A stretch of DNA of 63,994 nucleotides, counting the filler, from Dirinaria sp. TL-2023a (Eukaryota): assembly GCA_051941275.1 (NCBI GenBank). It is 4 parts of 4 records of this genome, joined end to end, with 100 filler letters (N's around TTAATTAATTAA, not from the genome) between each part and the next. Parts side by side here need not be neighbours in the genome. Positions count along the whole stretch, not along the records: positions 16,165 to 32,222 come from JAVEBF010000511.1; positions 32,323 to 48,365 come from JAVEBF010000512.1; 2 more parts are not named here. One strand, given 5' to 3'. The translations under genes and the position numbers were made by a program. Under the pieces are notes generated by a model. It searched no databases and had not been told where the DNA came from. It saw nothing but the letters and a program-made list of their open reading frames with translations. This document shows, piece after piece, positions 23,985 through 34,836 of the stretch (positions within the stretch are counted from its first letter, which is position 1; every line of letters begins with the position of its first letter).

Positions 23985-24932
23985 CTAGCGAGCCCAACGG
24001 TCCCACTCATCGAACTCGTCACTGCTGTCATCGACATCGTCCTTCTCAGCTACCTCTTCACTTCCACGATCGCTGCTGGCTATTTCCTTATCCGCCGCGG
24101 GCTCACCCTCTGCATTAGCCGCTCTTAACTGCTCCCTCTTCTCTCTTAGCCTCTTTACCCGCTCCTCGAGCTCAGCCATCTGATCAAACTCCTCCTCCAT
24201 CTGCCTCGCAGCATCCTCTTTCTCTGCTTCCAGCTCAGCTTCACGTAGAGATTTGCGCGGCACATTCGCCTCCTCACGCGATTGCGCAGCTAGTTCTGCG
24301 GCTGATATAGGAGCTGCACTAATAGTAGCTTCGGCAGTCAGGGCGGAGGGCTCAGGAGGTGGAGTCGCGACATCACGTTCGAAAGCTGCCCACTCGTCTT
24401 CGTCGACTCCATCACCCTCGGTTGCCTTCGGGGGGTCCACCGTTGGAGCAGGTTCAGGGACTGGCTGTTGCGATTCAGTAGGTGCCGGCTCGGGAATGAC
24501 TGTGTCTTGCGCATCGCCATCTACGGAGTCTTCGTCTGACTCCGACAGGTGGAACTGAGCATTGTAGGCTTCTTCGTCCTCGAAATACTGCTGTGCGACA
24601 GAGCTTGTCGGTTTGGACTTTTTCCTCGTGTCTTCGTCCAGATCGTCCGCTTTGCGCTTCTTGCTCCCGTTTGCGGGCTCCGAGTGCTGATCGTCTGGGT
24701 CCTCGGGAGGCGGTGGTGCTCCCGGCGGTCGACCGAGTGCATTGTCTCGTATTCTCTGTAGGCGCATCGCATGTTGATCAGAGCCGAGATGCTTATTCCA
24801 TAGATTGACTGATTTGAGTTGGATGTGGCAGACGAGGCAGACTATTGTCCCAGTAGTGGAGTAGGCAAGATGAGGATGGGTAAGGCGACGAGCTTGCCGC
24901 TCGCTTCGTAGCATGGATCGCACATCTGCCAT
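23985..24932 (-). CDS. ZNF830/CCDC16-like zinc-finger coiled-coil protein (spliceosome-associated)
   Basis: N-terminal matrin/C2H2-type finger CLVC...LWNKHLGSDQH; DEDEWAAFER motif; acidic C-terminal coiled coil ending DEWDRW. Confidence 0.82.
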   Translation of the reverse strand: MADVRSMLRSERQARRLTHPHLAYSTTGTIVCLVCHIQLKSVNLWNKHLGSDQHAMRLQRIRDNALGRPPGAPPPPEDPDDQHSEPANGSKKRKADDLDEDTRKKSKPTSSVAQQYFEDEEAYNAQFHLSESDEDSVDGDAQDTVIPEPAPTESQQPVPEPAPTVDPPKATEGDGVDEDEWAAFERDVATPPPEPSALTAEATISAAPISAAELAAQSREEANVPRKSLREAELEAEKEDAARQMEEEFDQMAELEERVKRLREKREQLRAANAEGEPAADKEIASSDRGSEEVAEKDDVDDSSDEFDEWDRWAR

Positions 24933-25553
24933 AGCTGTGACATGCAGTGGTCGCGAAGATGATTCGAATGTGTCGCGTTGAGGCGGGGTTTACGGTGTGT
25001 GACGTTGGATGTTTGTCGCAAACTGAATGCCAAGACCTTGCGGCTGACTAATGGACTGTTGATCTTGGGATCACGCTAGTAAAGCCTTCTCCTCACCTGC
25101 CTTTTTCATACTCGACCAACCTCATCATTCCCATTTAAATCGGTCGTTCTCTCAATCAACAGCGACCTTGAACATCTAATTGAGAAGTGACATGTTGCGA
25201 GCCCCGAACTCACTGCACGCGACCCTTTTACTCTAGCTTGACATTTCTGGGGATTTCGAGCAGTCTGTCTTGGTTCCAGACAAGAAGTCGCCAGTCTCAA
25301 GAGCTTCCACTATCCTAGCTCGTCCCAGGATTTAGCTCATTGTGATCGCATCACTGCTACTCAGTTTCAACTCAGCTTCAGACCATTAGTGTTGCAGGCT
25401 TGGCTGTTGGGACGTGGTTGGGGATCATTGTACTTCGGTCCTTAGATAGCTTAGATCATATCTTTGGCCCCGGTGCAAGCACGTACTTGGTGTAAACCAC
25501 ATGAGCTATAAAACGACTTTGTTTGACGTGTAGACCGCATATGACCCACAAGT

Positions 25554-28351
25554 ATGGCAGGTAAGTCATTGTCGCGTCTCGTGGCTTGCATCGCAACATC
25601 GGAGTCACCCCGGTTTCAGCAATCACTTTGAACATCTAAGCTAATGAAAGTGTACCAGATGAAATTGTTCGAAGATCTGGTCGCGCCACCAAAGGCCAGC
25701 ATACGAAGAATCTTGAGGCCGCAGAACCAACATCCGCCAAGCGCAGTACGAAAGCGAAAGGCTCCAAAGCCAAACCCGCCCACGAGCCCACACCACCCCC
25801 TGACGACGAAGGTGATGCTATCATCAGATGTATCTGTGGCTATGTCGAAGAAGATGAGGACGACGAGAGGGTCATGATATGTTGCGACCAATGTGAAGCA
25901 TGGCAGCACAATGAGTGTATGGAGATCTCGGAAAATTCGGACGAGTTGCCAGACCAGTACTTCTGCGAACAGTGCAGGCCCGAGGACCACAAAGAGCTCC
26001 TAGCAAAGGTTAACAGGGGCGAGAAACCATGGGAAGAGCGCGCTAAGCAGCGCGAGCGTGAGGAGGAAGAGAGAAAGGGAAGGAAGCGCAAGGGCAAAAA
26101 AGGGAAGAAAGGAAGGGCTAGCGATGTCAAGAATGACAGAGCGAAGGGCGGCGATACCGCTGCTGCTGTACTATCGAGCCCAGTAGCGCCAGAGACACCT
26201 AAGGTTGAAGCTGGCCAGAAACGGAAGCTAGTAATTGAGCCCACAAGCGAACCCAAGGAAGTGAAGGAACCCGTGAGTGATGACGTACCTAAAGCAGTTT
26301 CAACACTTACTTACGGTCTCTAGGAACCACAAAGCAAGATCAGAAAGGTCTCAAGTCCCACAGACATCAAAGCCCCGCCACCTCCGGCTTCTCGACGCAA
26401 ATCCACTGCTGCTGCAACGCCAGTGGCGAAGAGGGCACCTACAAAAGGAGGCGGCTTTCAAGCCGAAGTCGTAGAGAGCGTTGATGCTATACAGAACGAA
26501 TCAAGGAAGAAAATAGCAACTGCGCTTATCAAAGTATTTGTAGATGTTACGAAAGCAGCTCAAAAGCAGGGCAGCTTCAAATTACCCCCTGGCCAAACCC
26601 CGGAAAAGTTTGGTAACCAGTTGGGTCTCCTTGTCGAGCATGCCATCTACTTCGAGCATTGGGGTTACGCTACTGATGCTACCCCCCAGTATATCGAGAA
26701 ATTCAGGACGATAAATCATAATGTAAAGGCGAATCCAGAACTAAGGGATCGACTCCTTAATGGGTCACTCGCGCCGAAAGACCTCTCTAAGATGTCCTCC
26801 CAGGACATGGCGAGCAAGGATTTGCAGGAAGAGATGGCTAAGATGAGGAAGGAAGCTGAGAAGCAGCACGTCATTGTCCAAGAGGATGGTCCTAGGATTC
26901 GACGAACACACAAAGGAGAAGAGTTAGTTGGCGACGACAATCAAGCGGCCGTAGGCTCAGACGCGGTCTTCGCCCCGGCGCCGGTCAGAAGAAGGCCTTC
27001 TGAGCTGGACCCAAACGCACCAAAACCCGGAAGTCCCACTGCGGCGACTCCTGTTAGCCCGGAGCCTGTCGAGCACTCCGAACAAGTTGCACGGTCTCCT
27101 CCCGCAGCCAGTGCTCAGCCTTTGACTATTGATACAAATGCACGCCCAGCTGCAGGAATCGAGAGACAGCCGTCATCAGCCTCAGCCTTCAATATCCAGA
27201 ACGTGTGGTCTAGCGTTAGTGGGCCTGCAGCCGATGGGCATCCTCACCACGCGCCGCAACGGCAACAAAACCAACAAAAAGCCGTACAAGCCGACGCAGA
27301 AATTGATCATCTCCTGAAAGACGAAGAGCCCGAAGACGAAGAGCCTTATTCTCCAAAAGATTACACTGCAGATCCAAATGCTCCCGTATGGCGTGGTAAG
27401 CTTGGTATGGCAATTGTTGCAGAGTTCGACGGCACCGGGAAGCATGTTGCTGGGGCCAATCTCAGCTCCAAATATCCTTGGTCACAGCTAGTGCCGAGCA
27501 GTCTGGCCATTGAAGGCCGGATCGATGTCGCGCGCGCCAGCGAGTACCTCTGCGGTCTGAAGTATAGCAACACTACAGACGTCACTGTGCTCGCAGTCAC
27601 CCCCTTCAACGACGCGGATGCCCTTGCTCGGTTCAACAAGCTCTTCGAATACTTCACGGAGCGGAACCGGTACGGTGTCATCAGCAGCAACCCAATCCCC
27701 GCCGTCAAGGACACCTACGTCGTCCCCATCGAAGCCGGCGTGGCGCGAAAACCCGATTTCGTATCGCAGCTCGAATACTGCACCATCCCGGACGAGGTGC
27801 CGCAACGCATGCTCCTCGTGACTTTCGTCATCCGCGCACACCCAGAGCCATCGCAGTCGGCTCAGGCAACCCCCCAAAACCATCTCGATGCCGGTGCAGC
27901 GGCGGCAGTAGCCAGCCCCGGCACTCCAGCTCAGCAGCAGCAGCACCCGGGCACTTTCCCCAGCACCGCACCCACACCACTCGGTCCCCAGCCATCGCCC
28001 GTCCCCGCCTATCCAGGTGCCATGCAACAACAACCCTCGTACAATGGAAATGCCGCTCCGGCTCTGCCGCCAACACACATGGCGCCGCCTCCGCCGAGCA
28101 TGTCACCACCGAACACGTACCAGCAGCAGCAATTCGCCGCTGCCGCCGCTGGCCTGGAAGCCGCCCGCCAAGCGCTCGGCGACCTCGCCGACTCCCCTTC
28201 CATCAGCGAACTGCTCAAGCAGGCGCCGAAAACCAATGTGCAGGAGTTCCAGGTCATCAGGGAGGTGCTGGAGAGCGTGCCCGCGGCCCGGAACAATTAC
28301 CAGATGTTGACCGACATGTTGACGGTCAAGGCTCAGCAAGCTGGGCAGTAA
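25554..28351 (+). CDS. BYE1: Transcription factor Bye1 (PHD, TFIIS-central and SPOC domains); introns 25561-25658 and about 26273-26323
   Basis: MADEIVRRSGRATKGQH; PHD IRCICG...MICCDQCEAWQHNEC...YFCEQC; KFRTINHNVK..LRDRLL; RIRRTHKGEE; SPOC IEGRIDVARASEYLCGL. Confidence 0.93.
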
Positions 28352-29209
28352 ACCCCCCCCTTTTTTTCCTTAGCGCAACGGAAAACGACAAAGATCTGAA
28401 AGGAGAACGGGCGCCAGGTCGAGACCCTCCAAAAAAAAAGGAGGCCCGGGGTATTTGGTTTGGGAGGTTTGAGATTTGATTTGATTGCTCAGTTTGGGTA
28501 CAGCCCACCCATGGATCACTTGAAAAATCTCCTTAAAGTTACCTATGAAGGGGGCGCAAATGACCGGGGGCGGCGGCGGGTTCATGTTCAGCGCCTTTTT
28601 TTCTTTTTTTCAAGTCTAGTCAAGTCTAGTCTACGGGTTATGTATGTACCTTAGGCTTAGGTACTTTAGATACGTTGTGGGCGGTTAGGTTCGTTTCATC
28701 TAGGGCAGGCTTTTTACTTTGTTTTTTTTTTTTCTGTGATTTTGAAACCGTGATCGTAAGGTAAAGGCTACCTACCTCCTGGAGTCTAGAACGTACTGTG
28801 CTGTAGATTTGACAGGAACTAACTTACCAGAAAGCTTAGATTTTTTTTTTCTTCGAGGAGCTTACTACTACCTAGGTAGTAATCGTGAATACCTACCTAG
28901 TGTTCGTAAGCCTGTAAGGAGTTTCCCCAGTCCCCTTTAAGCCATTTTTAGAAAGTATTGTGATATGGAAGAACTTTCGTTATCCTATCCAGGAGCTTGT
29001 CGTCCTGGGCTTTTACTCAGGGAGGTTTCTCCAATCTCCCTCTTCGAACGGAAAGGAGCATTTCTCATTGTCCTGTACTGCAGTGTACTGTAGAAAGATC
29101 GAAGAAAAAGCTGCGAAAAAAAAGGAAAGAAATGTTTCCCATCTCTTGACCTGAAAAGCTCTACAACATTGTATATTTATAATATTACATTGGAACGTTA
29201 CTATGATTA

Positions 29210-31164
29210 TTACTGCACTTTTTTTTCTGGCTTCATCCCGCTACCACCACCTAACACCTTTTCCCGCAGCAGCATCGCTCTTCTCCTAATTCTAGCCTTG
29301 AGCACCGCGATATCATACCCCTGGACCTCGTCCGCGCCCACGAACCGGCGGACCAGCATCGTAAAGACACTGCCGAACGCGAGCGCCATGACGGTGCTCG
29401 TTAATATGATCACGTTATACGGCATCGAGAAATCGGGCGTCGGTAGGGGGAGCAAAAGGCTCGTGGTCCTGAGGAAGATCGGTTCTTGGTCTTGTTGTTC
29501 TGCTTCTTCTTTTTCTCGGTCACCATCGTGGAAGGGGGGGGAATTGTTGGTGGAAAGTCTAGGAGGCGGAAGGATGCGGATGACGGCGGGAGCGACGTCG
29601 AACCCGCGGTTCGCGTCAGGCGGGTACTCCGTGTAGCGCAGGATGGCTTTGTCGAAGTCGTAGCTCAGCACGACGGTTGCTGCTGGCGGGACGGTGAGGA
29701 GGCATTCGAGCTGCGTGCCGCGCCGGCGGTCGAGCGCCGGGCGGTAGTACATTGATTGGATGATTTCGGGGTCCGGGTGAGAGCTGGTCGAGATACGAGC
29801 TGTGAGGGTGTGCAGGTAGGGTTTCATGAACCAGGGCAGGGATTCGAAGTAGATGAACGAGATTGGAGTGCTTGGGGACGGGTTTGTGAGGAGGGTCTGG
29901 ACACCGCCTCGTTCTTGACCGTGGCCGGTGATGGAGCGGGAGGCGTAGAGAAGCGGTTCTGGGCGGGCAGGCGTTTCGAGTATTTGTTGTGGGAGAGTTA
30001 GCTCGAAGGCTTCGGATTCGTGAAGTGTGAAACAGCGGGTGGTGCCTGATGGTTTCTTGCTTTCGATAGCGCTACCGGAAACCAAGACTTCGCGCTCAGG
30101 TGGCATATTCAGGCAGACGGACTCTGAAGGGTTGCCTGCCGCGTCTGTAGCTAGGCACGACCCTACGATAGGGCGACCAAAAACTTCGCTGAGGCTCCAC
30201 GACGGGCTGGATAACACGTCGAGTGGATAGCATGCATTAGGATCGTCATAAGCCTTGGATCTGTCGCAGACGAGATTTTCTTCTGGGATGGGTCGTGGGA
30301 TTGGGTTATCTAGCAACATTAGTAAGACTATGGTTCAACGAGGAGCATACAGCCCACCTCGAGGCCTTTTGGATCTTTCGATATCAAGCACCATATCTAC
30401 TGTCTGCTCCATCTCGATATAGCATTCATGACGACCAATGGCACACACAGGCCTGATGTCAATACTCATAGTCTGCCATGACGCGTCGAAGAGTTTGTGG
30501 CCATCCAAGAGTGTCGATATCCCTGCTTTACCCTTGCAAGGGAGCAACTTCAGAAATGGTGTCAAATTCTCGGTGCATACCACTTCCCGAGGGAGTGTCC
30601 CATGCAGTAAGTGAAGCTTTGACATCGCAGATTCAGAATGATGGCCGGCCGGCTCGAAGGTCTTCACAGGTCTCGTGGTCCGTGTCGAGTCAATGAAATT
30701 GAGCGAGGCGCAGAATAGGCCCGACAGAGCATGGTTGAGAGTGATCCATCGAGCAAAAGCCCTGTAGCGGTGTCAATATGCTGCAAAAGATTCCTCAGAT
30801 CGCACACGTACTCTTCTTCTGTGTCCGCCTCGGCCCATGCCCAAAGTTCCACTCCTGTTCCTCCTTCCTTCTGCCCTCTCCATGGTCTAGCGCCCCAGCT
30901 TTCCGCGTCCCACCTACCAGTACTGAATCTTAGATGGAGTTCTCTCGTTTTTGCATGCTGTAGAATTTGGCCAAGCGAACGCGGTATGAACCTGAAATGT
31001 TGCTGTTCGAATGACTGCAGTGAAGCATTGGCCCTGAAGTTGAAGGATGCGAGCAGTAACTCTGGGGTTAACGGTTCAAGGACGAGACGCTCATTATAAT
31101 CCGGGTCTGCGACGACGAGGCAAACAACGAGTAGAGACCAAAGGAAGAGTGAAAAAAGTCTCAT
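29210..31164 (-). CDS. GPI16: GPI transamidase component Gpi16/PIG-T; 3 exons
   Basis: Signal peptide; ELHLRFSTGRW; GTGVELWAW; LPREVVCTENLTPFLKLLPCKGKAGI; LRYTEYPPDANRGFDV; LPTPDFSMPYNVII. Confidence 0.96.
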
Positions 31165-31377
31165 ATCGTTACCTCATGCTTTCCCCGGGTGTCCAAGATC
31201 GAGGAGCATGAATCTGAAGCCAACAATTGCGGGCGTTAGCGCGCAGAATGGAGGCTCTGCGGGCCGCTTTTAGGGCCCAGAAACAAACTTCTTCAGGCTT
31301 TCTGATAATATTATGGAAAGCCTAGACTGTGGGACTCTTTTCCAATACTTAAAAAAATATATCTAAGACTGTTCGTC

Positions 31378-32222
31378 ATGGCAGCAGAACAAAGAAAGCT
31401 GCTAGAGCAGCTGATGGGCGCTGGCACTTCAGCAAAACATGCCCAGCTATCCCTGACTGATCCCAAAGTCTGCCGTTCATTCCTCGCCGGTACCTGTCCG
31501 CACGACCTCTTCACCAACACCAAGCAAGACCTTGGCCCCTGTCCTAAAGTCCATAGTGAACCCTTGAAAGCCGAGTACGAGAGTGCTACAGACAAGAGCA
31601 AATACGGCTTCGAATATGATTACATGCGAGACATGCAGAAGTATATCGATGAGTGTAACCGGAGGATCGACGCGGCGCAGAGAAGGCTGGAGAAGACGCC
31701 GGATGAAATCAGACAGACAAATGACCTGGTAAGTTCCACGATGGCTAACATAAAAGGCCTGGGCATATATACTAATTGCCCATTTCACTGTAGCTCAAGC
31801 AAATATCCGACTTCTCCCGGTCCGTGAACACGGGCCTTCTCGAGGTCTCTGTTCTTGGAGAGTCTGGTGCCGTAAACACGGCGGTCTTGGAGTTCCAGAA
31901 GATCCGCCAAGCCAAAGCCGCCAAAGAAGAAAAGGAGCGCGAGCTGAAATCGCTTTCTGACACCTCAGGTCCCTCGGGACACCAGAAGCTCCAGGTCTGC
32001 GATGTCTGCGGCGCGTATCTGAGCAGGTTGGACAATGACAGGAGGTTAGCGGATCATTTTTACGGGAAGATGCATTTGGGATACGCGCAGATGAGGAAGA
32101 CGTACGAGGGTTTGCAGAAGGAGATGAAGGGGAGACCACCGCCGTCTAGAGCTCCGGAGGAGGAGAGACGAGACGATGCGGATGGAGGAGGTTGGGGAGG
32201 AGGTAGAGGAGGGTATGGTGGT
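31378..32222 (+). CDS. LUC7: U1 snRNP subunit Luc7; 3' end truncated at contig end; intron about 31729-31792
   Basis: MAAEQRKLLEQLMG...VCRSFLAGTCPHDLFTNTKQDLGPCPKVH; QKLQVCDVCGAYLSRLDNDRRLADHFYGKMHLGY. Confidence 0.96.
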
Positions 32223-32322
32223 NNNNNNNNNNNNNNNNNNNNNNNNNNNNNNNNNNNNNNNNNNNNTTAATTAATTAANNNNNNNNNNNNNNNNNNNNNN
32301 NNNNNNNNNNNNNNNNNNNNNN
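32223..32322. other. Artificial contig linker
   Basis: N-TTAATTAATTAA-N. Confidence 0.97.
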
Positions 32323-32534
32323 CCCTAAGTCTAAAGATTTAATCTGATATCTACTATTTGGGGTTTGGAAAAAAGAAACTGCCCGAATCTCTTTTTTCAT
32401 CAACTCGTGATGCTGATGTCTTCATAACAAGATGTGGGAGAGAGAGTGTGTGAGAGAGAGAGCTGGCTGAAGGAACCGAAAAAGGTGAGGGAACAGGCCT
32501 GCACAAGCTCTCTCCTCGAAATTTGACCCCGTGG

Positions 32535-34151
32535 TCAAAACCCCGCCTCGCCCAACCGTGGAGCTCCGCCTTCCCAGTCCAACCGCTCGTAGTACTTGAA
32601 CACCAACTCATACCCCTCGAGATCGTGCACGATGCGATCGATCCTCCTATAGCCCCGGACGCACTCGAGCCTCGCGGAGCGGCGTTTCGCTTGCTTCTGC
32701 TCGGCCAACAGGGCCGCTTCATTGTCCGCGCCGGCGCCGTCGTCGCCATCGTCCATCAGGAGCGGGGCTTTAGCCTCAAAGAGAGTGACCGAGAAGCGAC
32801 CCGGTTTGAAGATGCTGACGACCTGCTCGATAACGCTGGCGGTTTCGCGCCCGGTTTGCTGGCTGGGGACGTTGGTCTCGAAACTGGCGTAGCTACAGTG
32901 CGGCTCGGGCGTCACGTGCACGGTGAAGTAGTGCGTGGTGCCGCTCTGGGCGGGGATGACTCCATTGGCGGAGAAGCCGCAGGGCGTGAACAGGTAGGCG
33001 TCGATCCTCGCGTCCGGGTACTTGGTGGCGGGATAGACGTCTGCCAGGCCGCAGGTTTTGGAGACGACGGTGCCGAGCGCGTGGCCTTCGGTGGAAAGCT
33101 CGTCAGGAACGGTGAGCCTCTCGGCGGAGCCTGAGGCGGGCAGATCGGGCGGCGTCGACAGGGCTGAGGTGTTGCTGAAGATGTCGAGCGTATCGCCATA
33201 GTCAAAGGAATGTATGCCTTGAAAGCCGGATGGGCATGTGCTGCCAAAATTACTGAGATGCTCCTGTGCGTCCATGCGAGCCTTGTGGGCCTCCTCCCAA
33301 TACTGACCTTCCGCGACCGCACTCGCGTGGTCGAGGTAGAATTGCTTGGCATTCTCAGGCTCCAAGTCGGTCATTAGCACTTCCAGCGTCTCATCCTGCT
33401 CGTCTTCGTCCAGCCCGGGACAATTAGTGATCGTAGCCCTCGAAGCTGGCAGATCAAGGAGCTTTGTCTCAGTCTCGAGTCTCTCGGGTGTCGCTGGAGG
33501 CGTCAAGATCGTGTTGGGCTCGGTGAGATACAGGTACCAGTGTTCGCCGTTCATTTTGCCGATCATGTAGGCGCTGCCGCCAAGAAAGAGACGATCGAGT
33601 GACTTGACCTCGTCTCTCCAACTACGGTGAGGTCCTCGCTGTCTGTCCGGGAACTGGAAGTTCTTTCGGCTATAGAAGACGCGATATGGCACAGCAGCCG
33701 TGGCGGTTCCCAAGAAAGTGTTGCCGATAGTATGCGGGAACCCCGCGGTCAGCGCTGCAATCTCCAGGATTTTGGGCAGCCCGCTTAGTAGCGTGGTGGT
33801 ACCGCAGGTTTTCAATATAAGCTTATGTGGAAACACGAACATGCTCGACTCAGAAAGCAGGTACGCATCGACAGCGTCAGACTCGACGGTAGACAATACC
33901 TTACAATTCACAAGTTGAAGCATCTCTTTCCAAGTGTCCGAGCCCACTATCTTGAGACCGGCGGGCGCAGTGGCCGCGGGCAGCGACGCCGGAGACGCAC
34001 TGAACCATACTTCTAAGAGCTTTTCAGGTCCTTCGAAGGCATTCGTAACATCCAGGTCGATGGTAACATCGTGATTGATAGTCAGATGTGGCGTCCCACT
34101 GAATGAGGACGGCGATGCTGTGTAATGCTTCGGGATTTCAGTATTGACCAT
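32535..34151 (-). CDS. SPE2: S-adenosylmethionine decarboxylase proenzyme (intronless)
   Basis: AFEGPEKLLEVWF; autocleavage motif YLLSESSMFV; LKTCGTT; FTPCGFSANG; YFTVHVTPEPHCSYASFETN; first ATG at 34151. Confidence 0.97.
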   Translation of the reverse strand: MVNTEIPKHYTASPSSFSGTPHLTINHDVTIDLDVTNAFEGPEKLLEVWFSASPASLPAATAPAGLKIVGSDTWKEMLQLVNCKVLSTVESDAVDAYLLSESSMFVFPHKLILKTCGTTTLLSGLPKILEIAALTAGFPHTIGNTFLGTATAAVPYRVFYSRKNFQFPDRQRGPHRSWRDEVKSLDRLFLGGSAYMIGKMNGEHWYLYLTEPNTILTPPATPERLETETKLLDLPASRATITNCPGLDEDEQDETLEVLMTDLEPENAKQFYLDHASAVAEGQYWEEAHKARMDAQEHLSNFGSTCPSGFQGIHSFDYGDTLDIFSNTSALSTPPDLPASGSAERLTVPDELSTEGHALGTVVSKTCGLADVYPATKYPDARIDAYLFTPCGFSANGVIPAQSGTTHYFTVHVTPEPHCSYASFETNVPSQQTGRETASVIEQVVSIFKPGRFSVTLFEAKAPLLMDDGDDGAGADNEAALLAEQKQAKRRSARLECVRGYRRIDRIVHDLEGYELVFKYYERLDWEGGAPRLGEAGF

Positions 34152-34314
34152 CTCCGTGCTAACGGTCAGGTGTGACAACCCTTATTTGCTGGACCTGGTG
34201 TGCTTGGCAGGTTGATGTGCTTTTCGACGTCTGTGTAGTTCAGGGTCTTAGTACTCCTCTTCTTAACTAGCTTCAAGGATGCTCGACCTTTCTTGTCCTT
34301 CGGCCACACGTGTG

Positions 34315-34470
34315 CTAAGGAGGCAATTCTCCTCTGACTGATAGCGTTGTGAAGCGCAATCTACCACCCAGACGAACAGGTGCGGTGTCCGCCTGAGAAG
34401 AGAAGGCCCACGCTGGGCTGGGAGGGTGTAGAGGCTGGCTTTTGCCAGCAGCAATAGGAGTTGTGTTGAT
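34315..34470 (-). promoter_or_regulatory. Putative non-AUG upstream ORF in the SPE2 leader ending Pro-Pro-stop
   Basis: Frame open 34488-34315 with no ATG; near-cognate ATC (34470, A at -3) and ATT (34455); ends GGRLRFTTLSVRGELPP*. Confidence 0.55.
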
Positions 34471-34672
34471 CTTGGACCGTGGGGTCTGTTAGGGAGGTCG
34501 GGCAGAGAGGGGAAGGAAGAAGTCCTTGAAGTAAGGAATTTTGACTGTTCTCTGTGTCCTCACTCTGAAGAGTTCGATACTTGTTTCAAGTATCGAATCC
34601 AGCAGACGAGGATGATCTGCTTGCTTTAGATGGTGGTGCTGGGCAGATGGATCCCGGGGGAGTTGATGAACG

Positions 34673-34836
34673 TTATCTGGGTCTAGTGGGGTAGAGTATC
34701 AGCTCGTTTCGGTGATGTAGAATATCAGCTTCTTTCAGTGATGTAGAGTGAATCTTGATGAATTGACAAAAATTCGGCGGGGCAAGGCTCACTTCTTTGG
34801 TTTTGAGAGGAAACGCAGCAAATCTTTGTTGCTCAT
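34673..34836 (-). promoter_or_regulatory. Intron-split AUG uORF MSNKDLLRFLSKPKKPR* in the SPE2 leader (intron 34683-34792)
   Basis: ATG at 34836; GTGAGC donor, GCTGAT branch, TAG acceptor; nearest ATG upstream of the main start, about 685 nt away. Confidence 0.6.

Noticed and set aside
34263..34454. 63-aa TTG-started ORF in the SPE2 leader from the ORF track
   Set aside because: Overlaps the PP-stop frame, lacks any stall-type motif and has a weak start context; cannot be fully excluded without conservation data.
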